Positions 26,150-40,783 of a stretch of 64,000 bases of DNA are shown in pieces (position 1 is the first letter of the stretch; each line of letters starts with the position of its first letter). The position numbers and the translations under genes were made by a program. Under the pieces are notes generated by a model. The model did not search any database. It saw only the letters and a program-made list of their open reading frames with translations, and was not told the origin of the DNA. The stretch is taken from positions 34,100,001 to 34,164,000 of the forward strand of contig CM075984.1 of NCBI GenBank assembly GCA_038087875.1, written 5' to 3'. The stretch is from Malacoraja senta. Taxonomy: Eukaryota.

Positions 26150-29100
26150 GGTGCATTATTTAAAATTAAATTTTATTACAAAAAACATTTGTAATGATTT
26201 ACAGAGGAAATTGGTGGGATTACATGGGATTCAGTCACGAGCGAGCTAAATCTCAGCCAAACAACTATGTTGTTATGCTGTGCTCTTCAGAGCAAAAATA
26301 TAAAGTGCAAATAAGACTCTGGAGAGCACTCTTAAAGCATTGATACAAATGAGGTAATTGGAACATGCCACTTAACTAGATGCACACACACACAGACCAA
26401 AGATCAGACCCTGGTATTGTTGCTCTCTATACAAGAACAGATACGCAACTTCATCTACAATCAGTGCAACATTTTATGAATAGTCGACCCCTGCATTACA
26501 GAGATGTGGGGGGGGATTGTATTTCTAGAAATCAGGCTTTCCGTAACACAAAGCTGTGTCATCTGTTCATATATCAAGAAACGTGCTGGAAAGGTGTTGA
26601 TATATTTACTACCCCCTGCTCCCCCCCTCATGAAATCTGTGAGAGTACATTTTATTCTGTATCTCAAATATTTTGATAGTGATTTGAGAATTCTGCAAAG
26701 ATGAATTTTGGTTAACCGAATGGCCATAATGTGGGGGTCGTTTGCAGCACATTTGGTAGAACTTTCCTATCCAAGTAAGGTTAGATCTGCAGGCTCGGCT
26801 AAGACAGGAGACACTTGTCCGCTCTCTTCCCAATTCCAAATGGCTTGGGTTCAGAGCAATGAAAAGCAACAAATGAAACTCTTTCCATAACAAATACAGG
26901 GGCTCAATATCAGAACATTGCATCTGCAGCTGTGAAGGAAGAGTATGAAGCCTTGAGCTCCAGAGCGCAGTCTACCAGCCCCACCCTTAAATTACACTGG
27001 GCTACTTTCAACAAGAGTGAATTTTGTTTGGAATGCAATGATGGAACTACCAAGTGGACTCCAAGATGGTTTGATATGAGCAATTTTACACATGGGCAAC
27101 ACCCAAGGACTAAACACTCTTCAGCACTGCTGAAGTTCAACGATGAACAGCGATGAAAGGTCAGATATTCCTTGAGAACAATATATGGAGATACTGTTAA
27201 TGGTTATATTTTGATTCATCGCTTTACGTAGAAAGTCAAGGAACAGAGCAGTGTCTTAACTACTGGTCTTTATCAATCTGAACGCACAAACAGCCCTATA
27301 GTGGTGCAGATGGACCACTCAGGTGGTGCCCGAGATAGGACATGTATGGACATGGACTGACGGAAATGTATGCTAGATCTTGCCAAGTGTGCTCTCAGCA
27401 AGAATCAGATTCAGAGTAAAAGTGCCCCAGCAATAAGCATTCCTCTATTAGGTGCCACAAATGGCCTTTTTGCTTTTTCTCGTAAATCATTCCAAAATGA
27501 CATGCAACTTGGGTTAAATGTAAGTTAACAAACACATTAGCTACATGGGTCACAGAGTAAACCTGTAGAGTAATTTTTTTGCAATCAAGTACTCCCGGAT
27601 TAGGTGAAGCGCAGATTAGATATGAGCAAATTGAGACTCCAAGAACTTCTTGCCTCACTATTTGGACTGACCATCAATTTGGTGCACATAATTGGAAGTG
27701 GTCTTGCAGCCGCCTGAGGACAACAGTGGGAGTTTCTTTCCATTCGGGGCTCATGGGACTCACTCTCATTACAGGGTCAGAACTGAATTTGAACTTAGAT
27801 CTCAGATGGTTCCTTTTCAACAGATTGCAATCTCCTTTTCAGCATCATTCTCGCTATAGATTCTCTTTCATAACAAATCCCTTTGCGATTTCTCTCGCAT
27901 ACCAATTGATTTGCTGCATTGGTGCAATTTTCTTTTCACTCATCATTGAGCAACTTTAAAAAACCACAATATGTAATTGCAATAAGCTTTTTAAAAGTGA
28001 AAACAATGTTTGGTAATTTAACATATGGTTGGCTCCTCCTCAATTTGGCAAAGGCTCTTTAAATTACAAGACCTGGTACTAGAATAAGGTAGGTATTTCA
28101 ATATAAGCTTGGATTAGACCATGAGTCATATGAAGAAATAATAAATGCATGCTGCTGAACTTTCTTGCCCAGTATCTAGCTCATATTATATGTGTGGACA
28201 ATGTAGAAACGATATGCTGTTGGCATACTGCTGTCCAAATACAATAATCAGGCACACTTGAATTCTAATTAACACTCAAACATACTTTTAAGTCACTTTA
28301 TTAGAGATGTTATACTTAATATAACAAGTTTTCCAGCTGTCGCAGTGCTTTGTGGATGGAGTGCAGGGACCAGGGCGCAGTATATTGAGGAGACAATTGG
28401 AACCCTGGGACTTAGTGTTGAAGTACACACTGGAACCTGCACCACAGTGTATTTAATGAACATGGACACCAAGGCCTAGTGTGCTGAAACATCTGTGGGC
28501 ATCATCACCCAGTGAGATGCCAAACCATCCAGATTTCCAAACACTTGGATGGTGGATTGTTAGGGTTATACTGAAAATTTTACCTACAGCCTTCTGAAAC
28601 TATTAGTGCCTGCTGGGGAGTAGACCCGTCACCTTCTGGTGACTTGACGCTCAATCTAGAAATGTGCTTAGATGGCATTGACAGAATATGAAGCATGAGA
28701 ATGTGGTGGTGGTTGGGGGGGGGGGGTGAGGGAGGTGTGCATCACGAGGTAGATGCTTCCATTCAATATTTCCCACGCAACCAACACACACAGACATACT
28801 TTCCAGCGAGTCACAATGGTCATTTTCAGTATGTCTAGCTACTTCAATGTTTACCTAACACAGGAGAGTTGATGCCAATTTTAACTCCCCAAGCGCTTCT
28901 CTCAATCATCAGATAGAGAATACACACAAGAAACCTGTCTTAGGGATTCAACCGTATCATGTCATATGACACAAATGGTGGTATGATGTCTCTATAGGAG
29001 ATACATGGAACAAGAAGCTGGACAATGCTTGACTGGGTCTAGAAATACTTTAAAGTGCAAAGTTTGGAAGCTGGTCCTCTGAATAAAGTCTGCAAACTAG

Positions 29101-30139
29101 CTTGATCATAAAAACTGAGTCGTCGAAAATAAAATGCAAGGAACAAGTGACCATTGAAAACATTCAGGATAAGTTATGGAAGGTTGGGTGCATGAGTAAA
29201 GAGGGTAAATAGCAAGACTTGACAGGTGGATTGCTAAAACTGAGGAGAAACCGTGCAGTTCTGCTGATCGTGCAAATGTGGCCAGATTAACCTTTAATGG
29301 AGATTAATAATGGGAGGTTTATCCCCTTGGACGCCAGCACGATGGGAGCATAATCACATGATTCACAGCAGCAACCCACCACTAGCTGAGAGTAATTGGG
29401 AAGAAGCAATAATTTCAGTGCAATTAAGCTACAAATGCAGTAATTCCACGTTTAAAGAACAAACAATTAAAAATTAACATCTGCCCTCAGTGGTAGGAAA
29501 CTAAATTTCTCTTTCAGGGAAAGCTTCTCACAATAATATAGTATATGGTGCATAACTCCCTCACAGTACAAGCAAACATCTTTCCTTGTCGATTAATGCA
29601 ATAGCTATTCTTCACTTCAAACTATTTCACCAACAAAGCACAAGCCATCTGTAACTACATTTCACTTTCAGCACTTCCCATTCCAGAATCTGCCAAAGAA
29701 TTAAAACCAGTATTTTTACTCAGGTTGGGGAAGGGAAATGATGGACACAATACATCAACAGATCCTGTGATTGGTATGGTAGCAACAAAAAGGAAGCAGA
29801 GGCAAGAAGACAGCCAGGCACCTTAGGTGGAAAACCCAGGCCTAGTAGAGTGGCTTTGTGTCCTGAAGTTAATCACAGCAGCTGGTATGGCAAAAAGCCC
29901 TGCAGATATCACCTCAAATGATTTACCCCAGCAGGCAGAGCATGCTTCTTGTGAATGATTGTAAATGCAGAAGAGCCCACCATTGTCCAAATGCCTTGGC
30001 AGCAGCTCAGATATACGAGAGGGATGTTCTACAAGGCTTACTCTGCCATACTGTGTTGCAATTCCAAGCATGTCGTGGGCAATCTCCTCCGTGTAGCTAG
30101 AAGGTGTGTTGAGTGCAAGGGCACTACGGTGGTTTTCAC
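26150..30139 (-). other. Probable long ATG16L1 3' UTR
   Basis: About 4 kb after the stop with no recognisable SINE/LINE; minus-strand AATAAA at 26177-26172, others near 26650 and 28300; true end not determinable. Confidence 0.45.
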
Positions 30140-30334
<195 letters not shown>

Positions 30335-30457
30335 CTAAACTCTATTTTAATCTTTGCAATTGTTGGGCAAGGCTTCGCTAAATAAGTTTCTTTAGGGAGG
30401 ATGGAAAAAACATGCCCATACAAAGAATGTAATCAGGTACTGCACTAGAGCTTATAT

Positions 30458-30746
30458 CGGTGACACAGTTGCATAGCAGCAAAGTTGCTGCCTTATAGCA
30501 CGAGAGTCCCAGGTTTGATCCTGACTATGGGTACTAACTGCACGTAGTTTATATGTTCTCCTTGTGACCATGTGGTATTTCTCCAGGTGCCTCCCATGTT
30601 CCAAAGACCTGCAGGTTTGTGGGTTAATTGGCTTCTGCAAATTGTCCCTAGTGTGTAGGATAGAATTAGTGTACGGGTGATCATTGGTTGGCGTGGACTC
30701 GGTGGGCCAAATACCTATTTCCATGCTGCATCTCTAAGCTAAACTA
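30458..30746 (+). mobile_element. HE1-like V-SINE
   Basis: Same family as 20290-20575. Confidence 0.8.
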
Positions 30747-31307
30747 ACAACACATTGCAAATACCAATAATTTTAACAGATCAGAAGAGGGAACTCGTTA
30801 AAATGGCATGAACACTGTTTCAATCACCGATGGCAACCACCCAGAAACAAAGTTCCCCAACACACGAGGATATAATCAGCACAATTAATGGCAGCACGGC
30901 AGTCTGTGCTGCTGCAATGCTCCAGGAATCTCTCAATCCTGTTTTGATTCAGTGCGTTCTCCCTGGACACAGTTCTTTCCACATCAGAAAGAAATGTAAG
31001 GTAGTTGGTTTCTCTAAATTACCCTTTAGTAGTAAGAATCAAATTAATTAAGGGGGAGTTGATAGGCAAACAAATAAGTTGCTGGATGTACAGTGACATG
31101 AGGGGAAAATGAAACTGATGGGATTGCTCTGCTGGGAGCTTATAAATATCTTAAGGGCCAAATGGCCACTTTCTATGCTATGGCATGGCATGCAAGATAG
31201 CAAGCACCATCTACAAATTGCCCAAATGCTAACAGGGCTTTCAAATACATATGCACATAAACATGTAGGCAACACTTTTGCGAATCAAAATCCAGCTTTA
31301 ACAGCTA

Positions 31308-31439
<132 letters not shown>

Positions 31440-32640
31440 TCACATATAATTTGAATTGGCTGTTGACTTTGGATTCCCTTGAATACATCTCAAGCAATAT
31501 TACACAATGTGTGGAAACCACACGGGGTTGAATAAAAATTATTTGAGAGAAACTGACATTTATTTTCCTCTCTGTCAATGAAAACTTCAGGGGGGTTTAC
31601 AAGGATAAGCACCTACAGCAGCGTAGTGATCATTACAACTATACCAATCCAAAGAAAACAAATCAATTCTTAAAAATGTAAATTCCGTTCAGAAAAGTTT
31701 AATTAAAAAATTAAAAAATGGTTTAAGCAAAAGTGACCAGAAAGCCATGCCAGAAAAACGAATTCACTGGTATCATTCAGGGAAGAAAATAGGGAATGTT
31801 TACTGAGTGCAGACAGCAACAACCTTGCTCACCCTTACAGGTATTGGGCATGGTTAGGCAAAACATGCCAATTATGCTTAGACACACGAGAGTTGTGAGA
31901 CTGTGGAATTCTCTGCCTCAGAGGGCGGTGGAGGCTGGTTCTCTGGATACTTTCAAGAGAAAGCTAGATAGGGCTCTTAAAAATAGCAGAGTCAGGGGAT
32001 ATAGGGAGAAGGCAGGAACGGGGTACTGATTGTGGATGATCAGCCATGATCACATTGAACGGCAGTGCTGGCTCGAAAGGCCGAATGGCCTACTCCTATT
32101 GTCTATTGATTGAAGGAAAAAGAGGAAGTTTGGCTAATGAAAATCGGTTTGTACCTTAATTGGTACGTGACGATAAACTGACCTTGAAATCTTGACACCC
32201 TGAAATGACCAGTGCAACCAAATCTAGGATCCCAGTTCCATCCACAATACCACTAAGCTTTACCACCAGACACTAGTTTTGGTTGTAGGCACGAAATAAA
32301 GGATAAATACTGGTTTCTAAGCTAGGAGCAAAAGGTCATCTAAACTGAGGGCTGCCATTCTACGATATCCTTGGAAAAATAACACTAATACAACCGTGAT
32401 AAGTAATTTTTTGTTTTGTGGAGGGAGTGTGTTGGGCAAGAAAAGATAGAAACGCTAGCAGTGGGAGCTTAATAGTACTTCTTGTCACGTGTACCCAGGC
32501 CCAATGAAATTATGCATACAGCTCAGTAAAAATCTTACTATACATAGGTATAATCATATGCAAGTACAAGAGTGTAAGATTAGATTAGACTGAGGCAGTA
32601 CATGAGAAACGCCATGATTCCAGCACCCTTCATATTTAAA

Positions 32641-32985
32641 CTCCCCGTTGGATTGCAACCTTGTCGTGGTCGACGAGCTTGTGTGCCTCAGTGACCCCTA
32701 GAGCTATGCCAGTGGGAGATTCGTCTCCTGTTAGGGTCTCACATGCTGGACAGGTCAAAGGGTAGAGGCAAGACGAAGAGCAATCCACTGGTCCTCCAGG
32801 TTGGAGGTTGAACACAGGGCTAACAACCCTGTCTCGTAAAACAAATATAAAACAGCAACTGAAGGAATCAACACTACTTGGAACTGACCTGGGGTAGTGT
32901 CCAGAAGCTAGCCCAGAACAGACAGGAGTGGAGGACCTTCGTTGCTGCCCTACATGCCAGGAGGCATAATAGGCAGTAAGTAAGT
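32641..32985 (+). mobile_element. Non-autonomous bipartite RTE-derived element
   Basis: RTE-like 5' UTR (CCTTGTCGTGG...GAGCTATGCC) joined to RTE 3' end (WRTFVAALHA) and (TAAG)n tail; TSD CATATTTAAA at 32631-32640 and 32986-32995. Confidence 0.8.
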
Positions 32986-33164
32986 CATATTTAAAGTTGT
33001 TAAGAATGTTAGCCTTAACTTGACCACAAAGGCCAGTTGTCCTTTATGTCATCCAAAGTTTCATAGGCAGCTCATTGTGACACAACATTGAAGGCATGGC
33101 ACTATCAAACATGTAGTGCTTTAGTCTCTACTGCCCAGATGAATGCCAGATAGTGATCAATTAC

Positions 33165-33212
33165 CTGAACGTTATTCTTGTCCAGTCTGATCCACACTTG
33201 AATCCTTGTGAA
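33165..33212 (-). CDS. ATG16L1: ATG16L1 exon 16
   Basis: SQGFKCGSDWTRITFS; 48 nt. Confidence 0.95.
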
Positions 33213-33575
33213 CTGTGCAGAAAAAAAAGTATATAGTCAGAAGCAATACAGGAACGATCCACATTAACTGTATGGGCAAGGAAAGAACCAAACAATCATC
33301 TGATTCAGACAGGGAGATACCAAGTGCACAAGAAAGGTGAGAGAAGACCAATTCTGGAATATAAACAGTTCAACAATACAGATTCCTAGATGGAAATACA
33401 GATGAAAACATGCAAGCAGCCTTACATTGTAATTTCAATTATAAGCAAGAGAACAGACAAGCAGTGTATCATAAATTTGGGAATGCATAGACATGGAGTT
33501 CCAGATATAAACAGGATGACAGATACCAATTGACATTTATAAAGAAGTGAAACCTTGGCTGACCCCACACAATTA

Positions 33576-33824
<249 letters not shown>

Positions 33825-34229
33825 TTATTTCATTCAGTAATGAAGCTTGCATTGTGTTCTCTATTGTGGAAATAAAAGGGCAGTAATCATAAAGACTCTT
33901 GAATTCACCCGTCTCAAATCCAGTACATCTCAGTTGCCTTTAAATATGTAAATCTCCATTAAGGTTTTGGAGAACGTATGCACTCACCAACACTAATTCC
34001 TGAGCAGTATGCTCTGTATATCTAATGTAGATATAACAATCCATGCCCTTCCTTGCTCTAAGCTCAAGCACGTAGCCCTGTTTTTATAGCTAGTGCTAAA
34101 TTCAAATATTTTTCCGAGGATACACTCTTAATGGCCAGGAACAACATTTCCATTAGATTTTTCATATTCAAAATAAACACATTGGAAAAACAATGCAATT
34201 CTGGTCATAATCCTATCTAAACTATCTCA

Positions 34230-34349
<120 letters not shown>

Positions 34350-36044
34350 TCACATTGAATAATTAAGTGGAAATCAGAATATTAAACTTCAAAGTCATTT
34401 TCACTATTTTTAAACTAGTTTGAGTTTACTTTCACAGACCCAAATCTACCACATCAAAGTGTCACACTCCAAGGTTATTGTTCCTTCTACAATACAAATT
34501 ACATCCAGGCAGTTGCATAAGGAGCATCTTGGAGTCTATAAAGCACTATAAAGCATCTATAAAGCACCGTGCCCCAAGCATCACTAACATACCAATCATC
34601 TGCACATACTTTTGAACTGTACATCCAATCAAGGGTGGATCAAAACCCAGAGTGTCGTTTTTAAGTCCCTGCTGATTGCTTCACTGAAGAGTTATCTCCC
34701 TTAATTATTACACTGTACATTGCTCACCTGGCCCCTACCTGCTGCATGCAAACTGGGAATTATTGATGTGTAAGTTATTGCCTTGCTCAACAATTGGATG
34801 TAGTAGAGGAGAATAAAGAAAGAAGAAACCTTTATCCCCAATTGACTGTCTTTAGTCAATACTTAATTCCAAGTTATAACAAACAGCCTTGGCAAAAAGA
34901 AAATGGATAATGTCAAAAATCCAAATGGAAATTCCTGGTAATGCATGCAGGCTATAACGGTTAGGTTAATATTTTAATAAGCCTTCTGGACTTTGCTGAA
35001 GACTTTCCTCTTGACACATTTTTGCAGGTCACACTATTAATTTCATTTTATCCGCAGTTTTGAATTTGTCCCTCCTTCAGGGATAATATTCCACTAGCAT
35101 TGATGACCACAACTAGCATTTCAATAGAGAGGGTTATTGAAGGCAGGATCAGAACATTGGCAAGCCCCAATTCACCTTGAACTGGAGATGCCAGCTAGGC
35201 AGTGTCATAAAATAGTTAACCATACCGCTGTAGGTCTAGTCACTCACAAGTAAGACGAGGTAATGGCATCCGATTACCTTTCCCCCCCAAAAAAACATAA
35301 ACCATATATTCACCGGAACATCACACTGTTGCTAAATCTTATTTAAATGTCAAGTTATTTATTTAAATGAATTTAAATCTCAAGTAGCCAGGGTGATATT
35401 TGAATTAAAGCATAACAAAGTGTTGGAGGAACTCAGCAGGTCAGGTACCATCTGTGAAGAGAATGGACAGATGACATTTTGGGTCGGGACCCATCTTTAG
35501 ACTCATCACTCCAGATTAATCCTGGCCTCTGGATTACCATTGCAGAAAAAAATACCATCCAATTAAATTGAGTGTCATGGTTGAGCTCGATCCAGTTTAG
35601 AGACGTTGACTGTTTTTTCTACTCTCTATCCCAGGTTTAGTTCCAATCGTTAAATATGGTTCATATATAAGGGGATATTACCCAAAGAGAAGCAAATACA
35701 TGGAAACCACTGACAAAGAGTGATGGAAGCTGTGGCACTGACAACATACAAATGTCTAGATGAGTTCTTGAATTGCTTAGGCATAGATGGCTGCAGGCCA
35801 CATGCTGGAGGATTAAAATTATGATAGATGGCAGACAAACTGGACTGTTTCCATACTGTGTGACTCCCTGACAAAATGATTGGGACTGAAATCTATGACA
35901 CCTGGTTGTTTTCGTCCATCGCTTTAGTCATTCAGCTGTGGAACTTGCTTATTTTCAGTCAATTTTAAATCAGAGCAGTCCTTGGACTGCGACTGCTCTG
36001 GAATGGGAAGACCTGATGTTCCTTTTTCCTTAATATTGCCCTTA

Positions 36045-36203
<159 letters not shown>

Positions 36204-36576
36204 TCAGATTTATATTTAATGTTTTGAATCGTATAATTCTACTCATACTTTTTAAAAAAGAAATGTAGATATCTTTGGTAAATACCATAATTTATGCAAT
36301 GTAGATCAGTACAGCGCAGGAACCTTCCGCCCACCATATCTGTGCCGACTGTGATGCCAATCTAACAGACCTATTTGCCCACACATGGTCTGCATCCCTC
36401 TAATTCCCTGCATGTGTTTATCTGAATGCCTCTTAAATGTTGCAATTGCTTCTGGAGGGGGAAAGTGTTATACTAAGTCCATGCTACATGTAGAACATGA
36501 CACATGCACATAAGAAAACTAACAGCAAGGCAACAGATATATGCCCGTTAGAGATCTTCGTACAAGGTTCTGATGT

Positions 36577-36846
36577 GAGGTCTCAGTTTATAGTTTGCAG
36601 TCAGGCAACAGAGGCAAATCCCATAACACCAAACACTCCTGACTAGCCTACTGTGTCAAATGCTGACTGTAGATATGCTCCAAATGTCTCAATGTGCTCT
36701 AAAGCAGCAGCATCAATTACTGTCAGGAACACCTGTATCCATACAGCAAGCCTCCAGCTGCATAGAAAATGCAGGGTTTCCTGGGAGTGAGGATGTGGGA
36801 ATAATGCCCTGAGCAGTCAGACCTTTTACCTCTCATCACTGACCTC
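36577..36846 (-). ncRNA. SCARNA6: Composite C/D-H/ACA scaRNA, SCARNA6/U88-like
   Basis: Stem GAGGTC/GACCTC; box C GTGATGA; U5 Um41 guide GGTAAAAGGT + D' CTGA; H box ACAGTA; candidate CAB box TGAG; ACA; D box CTGA; 270 nt; intron 12, as recalled for human SCARNA6. Confidence 0.85.
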
Positions 36847-37234
36847 TACATGTTACTTCAGCATACCCATAAACATGTACACATCTTTGGACACAGCAAG
36901 TTTAAACGAATTGATCAGTTTTGGTGCACACTTTAGAAAGTCTGTCAAACCACTAAAGACGTACAGGGAACGTGTACAGTGGACAGGTTATGAACAAAAG
37001 ATGAAAATTATAAATTTGTGATTATTTACTGGCAAAACTATCCATTCACTACTTGGCAATGCCCTATTCTTCAGAAGCCAGGCAGGATTATCCTTTGTAC
37101 TTTACATTCAAATTCAATCTCATCATGTTCCATGTGCAGAGAGGGTGCACACTAAGTCACCTGTACAGGTTTAGACAGATATAGGCCTTCTAGGTCACAG
37201 CACACTGAGAGGGGTTTCAACAATTTCTACTTAC

Positions 37235-37306
37235 CCGTAGTCGCGAATCATCCACCGTCCAAATTCTGCTAGCAAAGTCATTGGAGGCTGCAAGCAGATA
37301 TGCTCC
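37235..37306 (-). CDS. ATG16L1: ATG16L1 exon 12, WD40
   Basis: GAYLLAASNDFASRIWTVDDSRLR; 72 nt. Confidence 0.96.
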
Positions 37307-38384
37307 CTAAAACAAATATTTCTTTTGATTTAGTATTGTACAATTGAATTGAGCTGCTGAGCAGAAAAAAATGACTGCAATACAGCTGATCCAGACAGTC
37401 CAAGTTATAGAGGGATTGGATAAACAGAACTGTTTTCCCTGGTGCGAAGGAGACTGAGGGTTTACCTTCTAGAGGTTCATAAGATAATGGGCACATACAG
37501 GGTCGATGATCCCTGTCCTTTGCCCAAGATAGGAGAGTCAAAATAAAAGGACATAGGTTCAAGGTGAGAAGGGAAGATTTAAAGGGGGACTGAGAGGCAA
37601 TTTATTCACACAAAGGGTGATGGGTATACGCCAGAGGAGTGGGAAAAGGCGGGCACAATTACAACATTTAAAAAACATTTGGATAGATGCAGAGGTAAAG
37701 ATTAGCAGAAAATAGGCTAAACACATGCGATGGGATTAGGATAGGTATCATGATTGTCATGGACAAGCTGGGCACCAAGATCCGTTTCCCTGCTGTATAA
37801 CTCCATGAATCTACTTCATTAGACCATTAGAACCAAGGTGAGTGTAAAGATGGTGCAAAATGTTCCCTGATTTACAGGCAAGGTTAATTCAAGCAGGACA
37901 GCACAACTGTTTTCAGAACTTAAGGGCAAAGTCTGTGGAGATTTCCAAATCAGTTACAACACACGTTACATGCAGAACAAAGCACACTTGACAATGACCT
38001 ATATAAACTGCCCTCAATCACATCCTGGAGTTAGCTATACAAGGTCATCCTCCACACTGCTTCATTAAAAACACCCTTGTTCTTTGGGCTCTTCCACATT
38101 AAGTTAACTTTTTGTCAGGTGAAAGTTAACACAGATAATGGGCAATGACATGATTAGGCACTCTCATTATGCTGCCAATGTAAAATAGATCTAGACAGTT
38201 CCTTGAGACCTAAATTGAGGAACATGTACTCAGTTGTTGATTACAAGGTTGCTTAAATCCTTGGCAAATCCACTTCAGGGATTACAGGCAATGATGGTGG
38301 AGCATCTTTTATGGGGGGGAAGAAAAGCATCTCAGCTTTGGTAAACATCAAGTAAAGTCATAAAGCAGATGAACTCTCACTTAC

Positions 38385-38455
38385 TGTGCTGTCAAATTCA
38401 AGACTGGTAATTCCAGCATTACTGCCAGTGAGAGAGCCCTTCAGTTCACATCTTC
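38385..38455 (-). CDS. ATG16L1: ATG16L1 exon 11, WD40
   Basis: GRCELKGSLTGSNAGITSLEFDST; 71 nt. Confidence 0.95.
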
Positions 38456-39135
38456 CTGCAGGGAACAAACAGCAGCATGTCAGTACCCAGCATCAGTATG
38501 CATGTCCTGTCGTGAAACCTTGTGTTTAGGCTGCCAGATTTCAGTGCTGGGAATATGGTAATTCAGCTCATCAACAGGCCCTCCCCTGGCCACATACAGT
38601 GTGGCTTTGATCGAGTTAGGTTCCCAGGTTGATGCCTCAAATAAACTAATTCTACTTCAACTGGACTCAAAGTCTTGGGTTTGACAGCCAGACATCAAAC
38701 TGATGATTCAGCCTGAATCCATGACCAAGGGCAGCTTCAAGCAGAGGGACATCTCATTAATTTCATTGCCTCACAAATGAAGAATGAGCACAAGCAGTAC
38801 AGCTGTGGGTGAAAGGCAAGAACTTAAGTGAGGATCAACACATTTTAAAAAAGGGAACGGAAGAACTTAGAAATAATATCATTTATCTCCACCAGCAAAA
38901 GGTCCCACAGCTTTTGTTCCAAAGCACTGTATTGATCTCCATAGCAATCTTCTAAATCACAGATATTGGCTTCCAGAAAGTGGATACATTTTTCATTAGG
39001 ATCAAGAACAAAAAGTTCTAAACAAATTACTTCGTGGGTTCAAGTGTTTCACTACTGGGTAAGAAGCACAATTATAGATATAGCCATCAATGTTTCCAAT
39101 TATTTAAATTTCACATGTACTTCACTCTTTAAATG

Positions 39136-39416
39136 GAGGTCTCAGCTTGAAAACTTACAGTCATGCACCAGAGGTAAATCCCCACAATACCCAAAGCTCC
39201 TGGGCTACCAGTTTTGTGTGATGCCCATTGTGAAGACACTCCAAATTCCTCTTTGAGAATGTCAACTAAATCAGTGGCACAGTTACTGTCAGGAAGTCTA
39301 CTACCATCACAGCACACCTTGAGCAGGATGGGAAAGATAGGATCTCCTGGGAGCTAGCTGGCATGTGGGCATTTAATAAAGTGCTGTCGGACCTTTTACT
39401 TATCATCATTGACCTC
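39136..39416 (-). ncRNA. SCARNA5: Composite C/D-H/ACA scaRNA, SCARNA5/U87-like
   Basis: Terminal stem GAGGTC/GACCTC; box C ATGATGA; guide AGTAAAAGGT + D' CCGA (U5 loop I, Um41 at D+5); H box ACAGTA; guide AAGTTTTCAAG + D CTGA (U4 UUGAAAACUU, Am65); 281 nt; sense within ATG16L1, the known host gene. Confidence 0.9.
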
Positions 39417-40035
39417 ATTAGATTATACATTTATGAAGATACACTTGCACATGAAAAAAAATGTCAGTAGTCTGCATCAAATACTGACTCATTGATAAAC
39501 ACACAAGATTCTGTTGGCCAGGCAGGAAGTACATAGCTCGCATTCAGAGTCAGGAAAGGATGTGTAAGTATTAGGCAGGAACTATTCAACTAGGTTTCTC
39601 GATCACTACACAGGGTGTTCATTTGAGAAACATGAATGAGGACAGCATCAAGACCAGATGGAATTGATCCTTCTTGCCCAGCAACCCAACCCAATGACAG
39701 GATAGTCAACTGGCTCACACACCAGACAATCAATTGCACTCAGTACATGGAAAAAGCTTGGTGGGAACCCTCCCCAAAAGGAGTCATCGCTTAGAGGGAA
39801 GGATCAGGAAAAAGCAGTTGGGTTCTCAAGGATTATATCGTTAAATGAGCAAAATAAATACACTAGAAGAACTCAATATCAATGAATAAGAAATACAGAG
39901 CACCTTAGAGCACCATAAAAACAGTGAAGTGGTCCTAGGAAACAGAATCAGGGTGTGCTCTATTATATTCACAATTAGATTGAACTGAATCAACCCTCCA
40001 AACGGCATACACTCCAAATCAAAGTTTTGTTTTCA

Positions 40036-40197
<162 letters not shown>

Positions 40198-40486
40198 TTA
40201 GTCTCATCAAATTACTTTCTAAAGGGGTTTAGGTACGAGAAGTGCTCCGCAGCCAAAAGTAAAATTACAATGTGAAAAGGAAGAAATAATCACAACTACT
40301 TGAGCAAGTTTCAGCAGCTCGAGGAGACAAGTTAAATGAACACCTACTTTGCACCAATACAGTACTGACCAAGCTGTAGGAGCCTAGCCAGACCAATCCA
40401 AAATTGTCTGCTCTTTCACATTCACTCCACATGGATCTGCCAACGTTGACACTTGACAATGCAGCAAATCCTAGTCAACAATTTTA

Positions 40487-40783
40487 GGGTGGCACATAAG
40501 CGCAGTGATAGAGTTGCTGCCTTACTGCGCCAGAGGCCCAGATTTGATCTTGACTACAGGCGCTGTCTTTACGGAGTTTGTATGTTCTCTCTGTGACCGC
40601 GTGGGTTTTCACGGATGCTCTGGTTTCCTCCCACATTCCAAAGACGTGCAGGTTTGTAGGTTAATTGGCTCCTGTAAATTGTCCCTAGTGTGTAGGATAG
40701 AGCAAGTGTAAGGTTGATTGTTGGTCGGCACAGACTCTGGCAGATGAAGGGCCTGTTTCCATATTGTATTTCTAAAACTAAAA
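40487..40783 (+). mobile_element. HE1-like V-SINE
   Basis: Full-length copy of the same family. Confidence 0.82.

Noticed and set aside
28365-28515. CRISPR-like periodicity
   Set aside because: Eukaryotic context, no constant repeat with unique spacers, no cas genes
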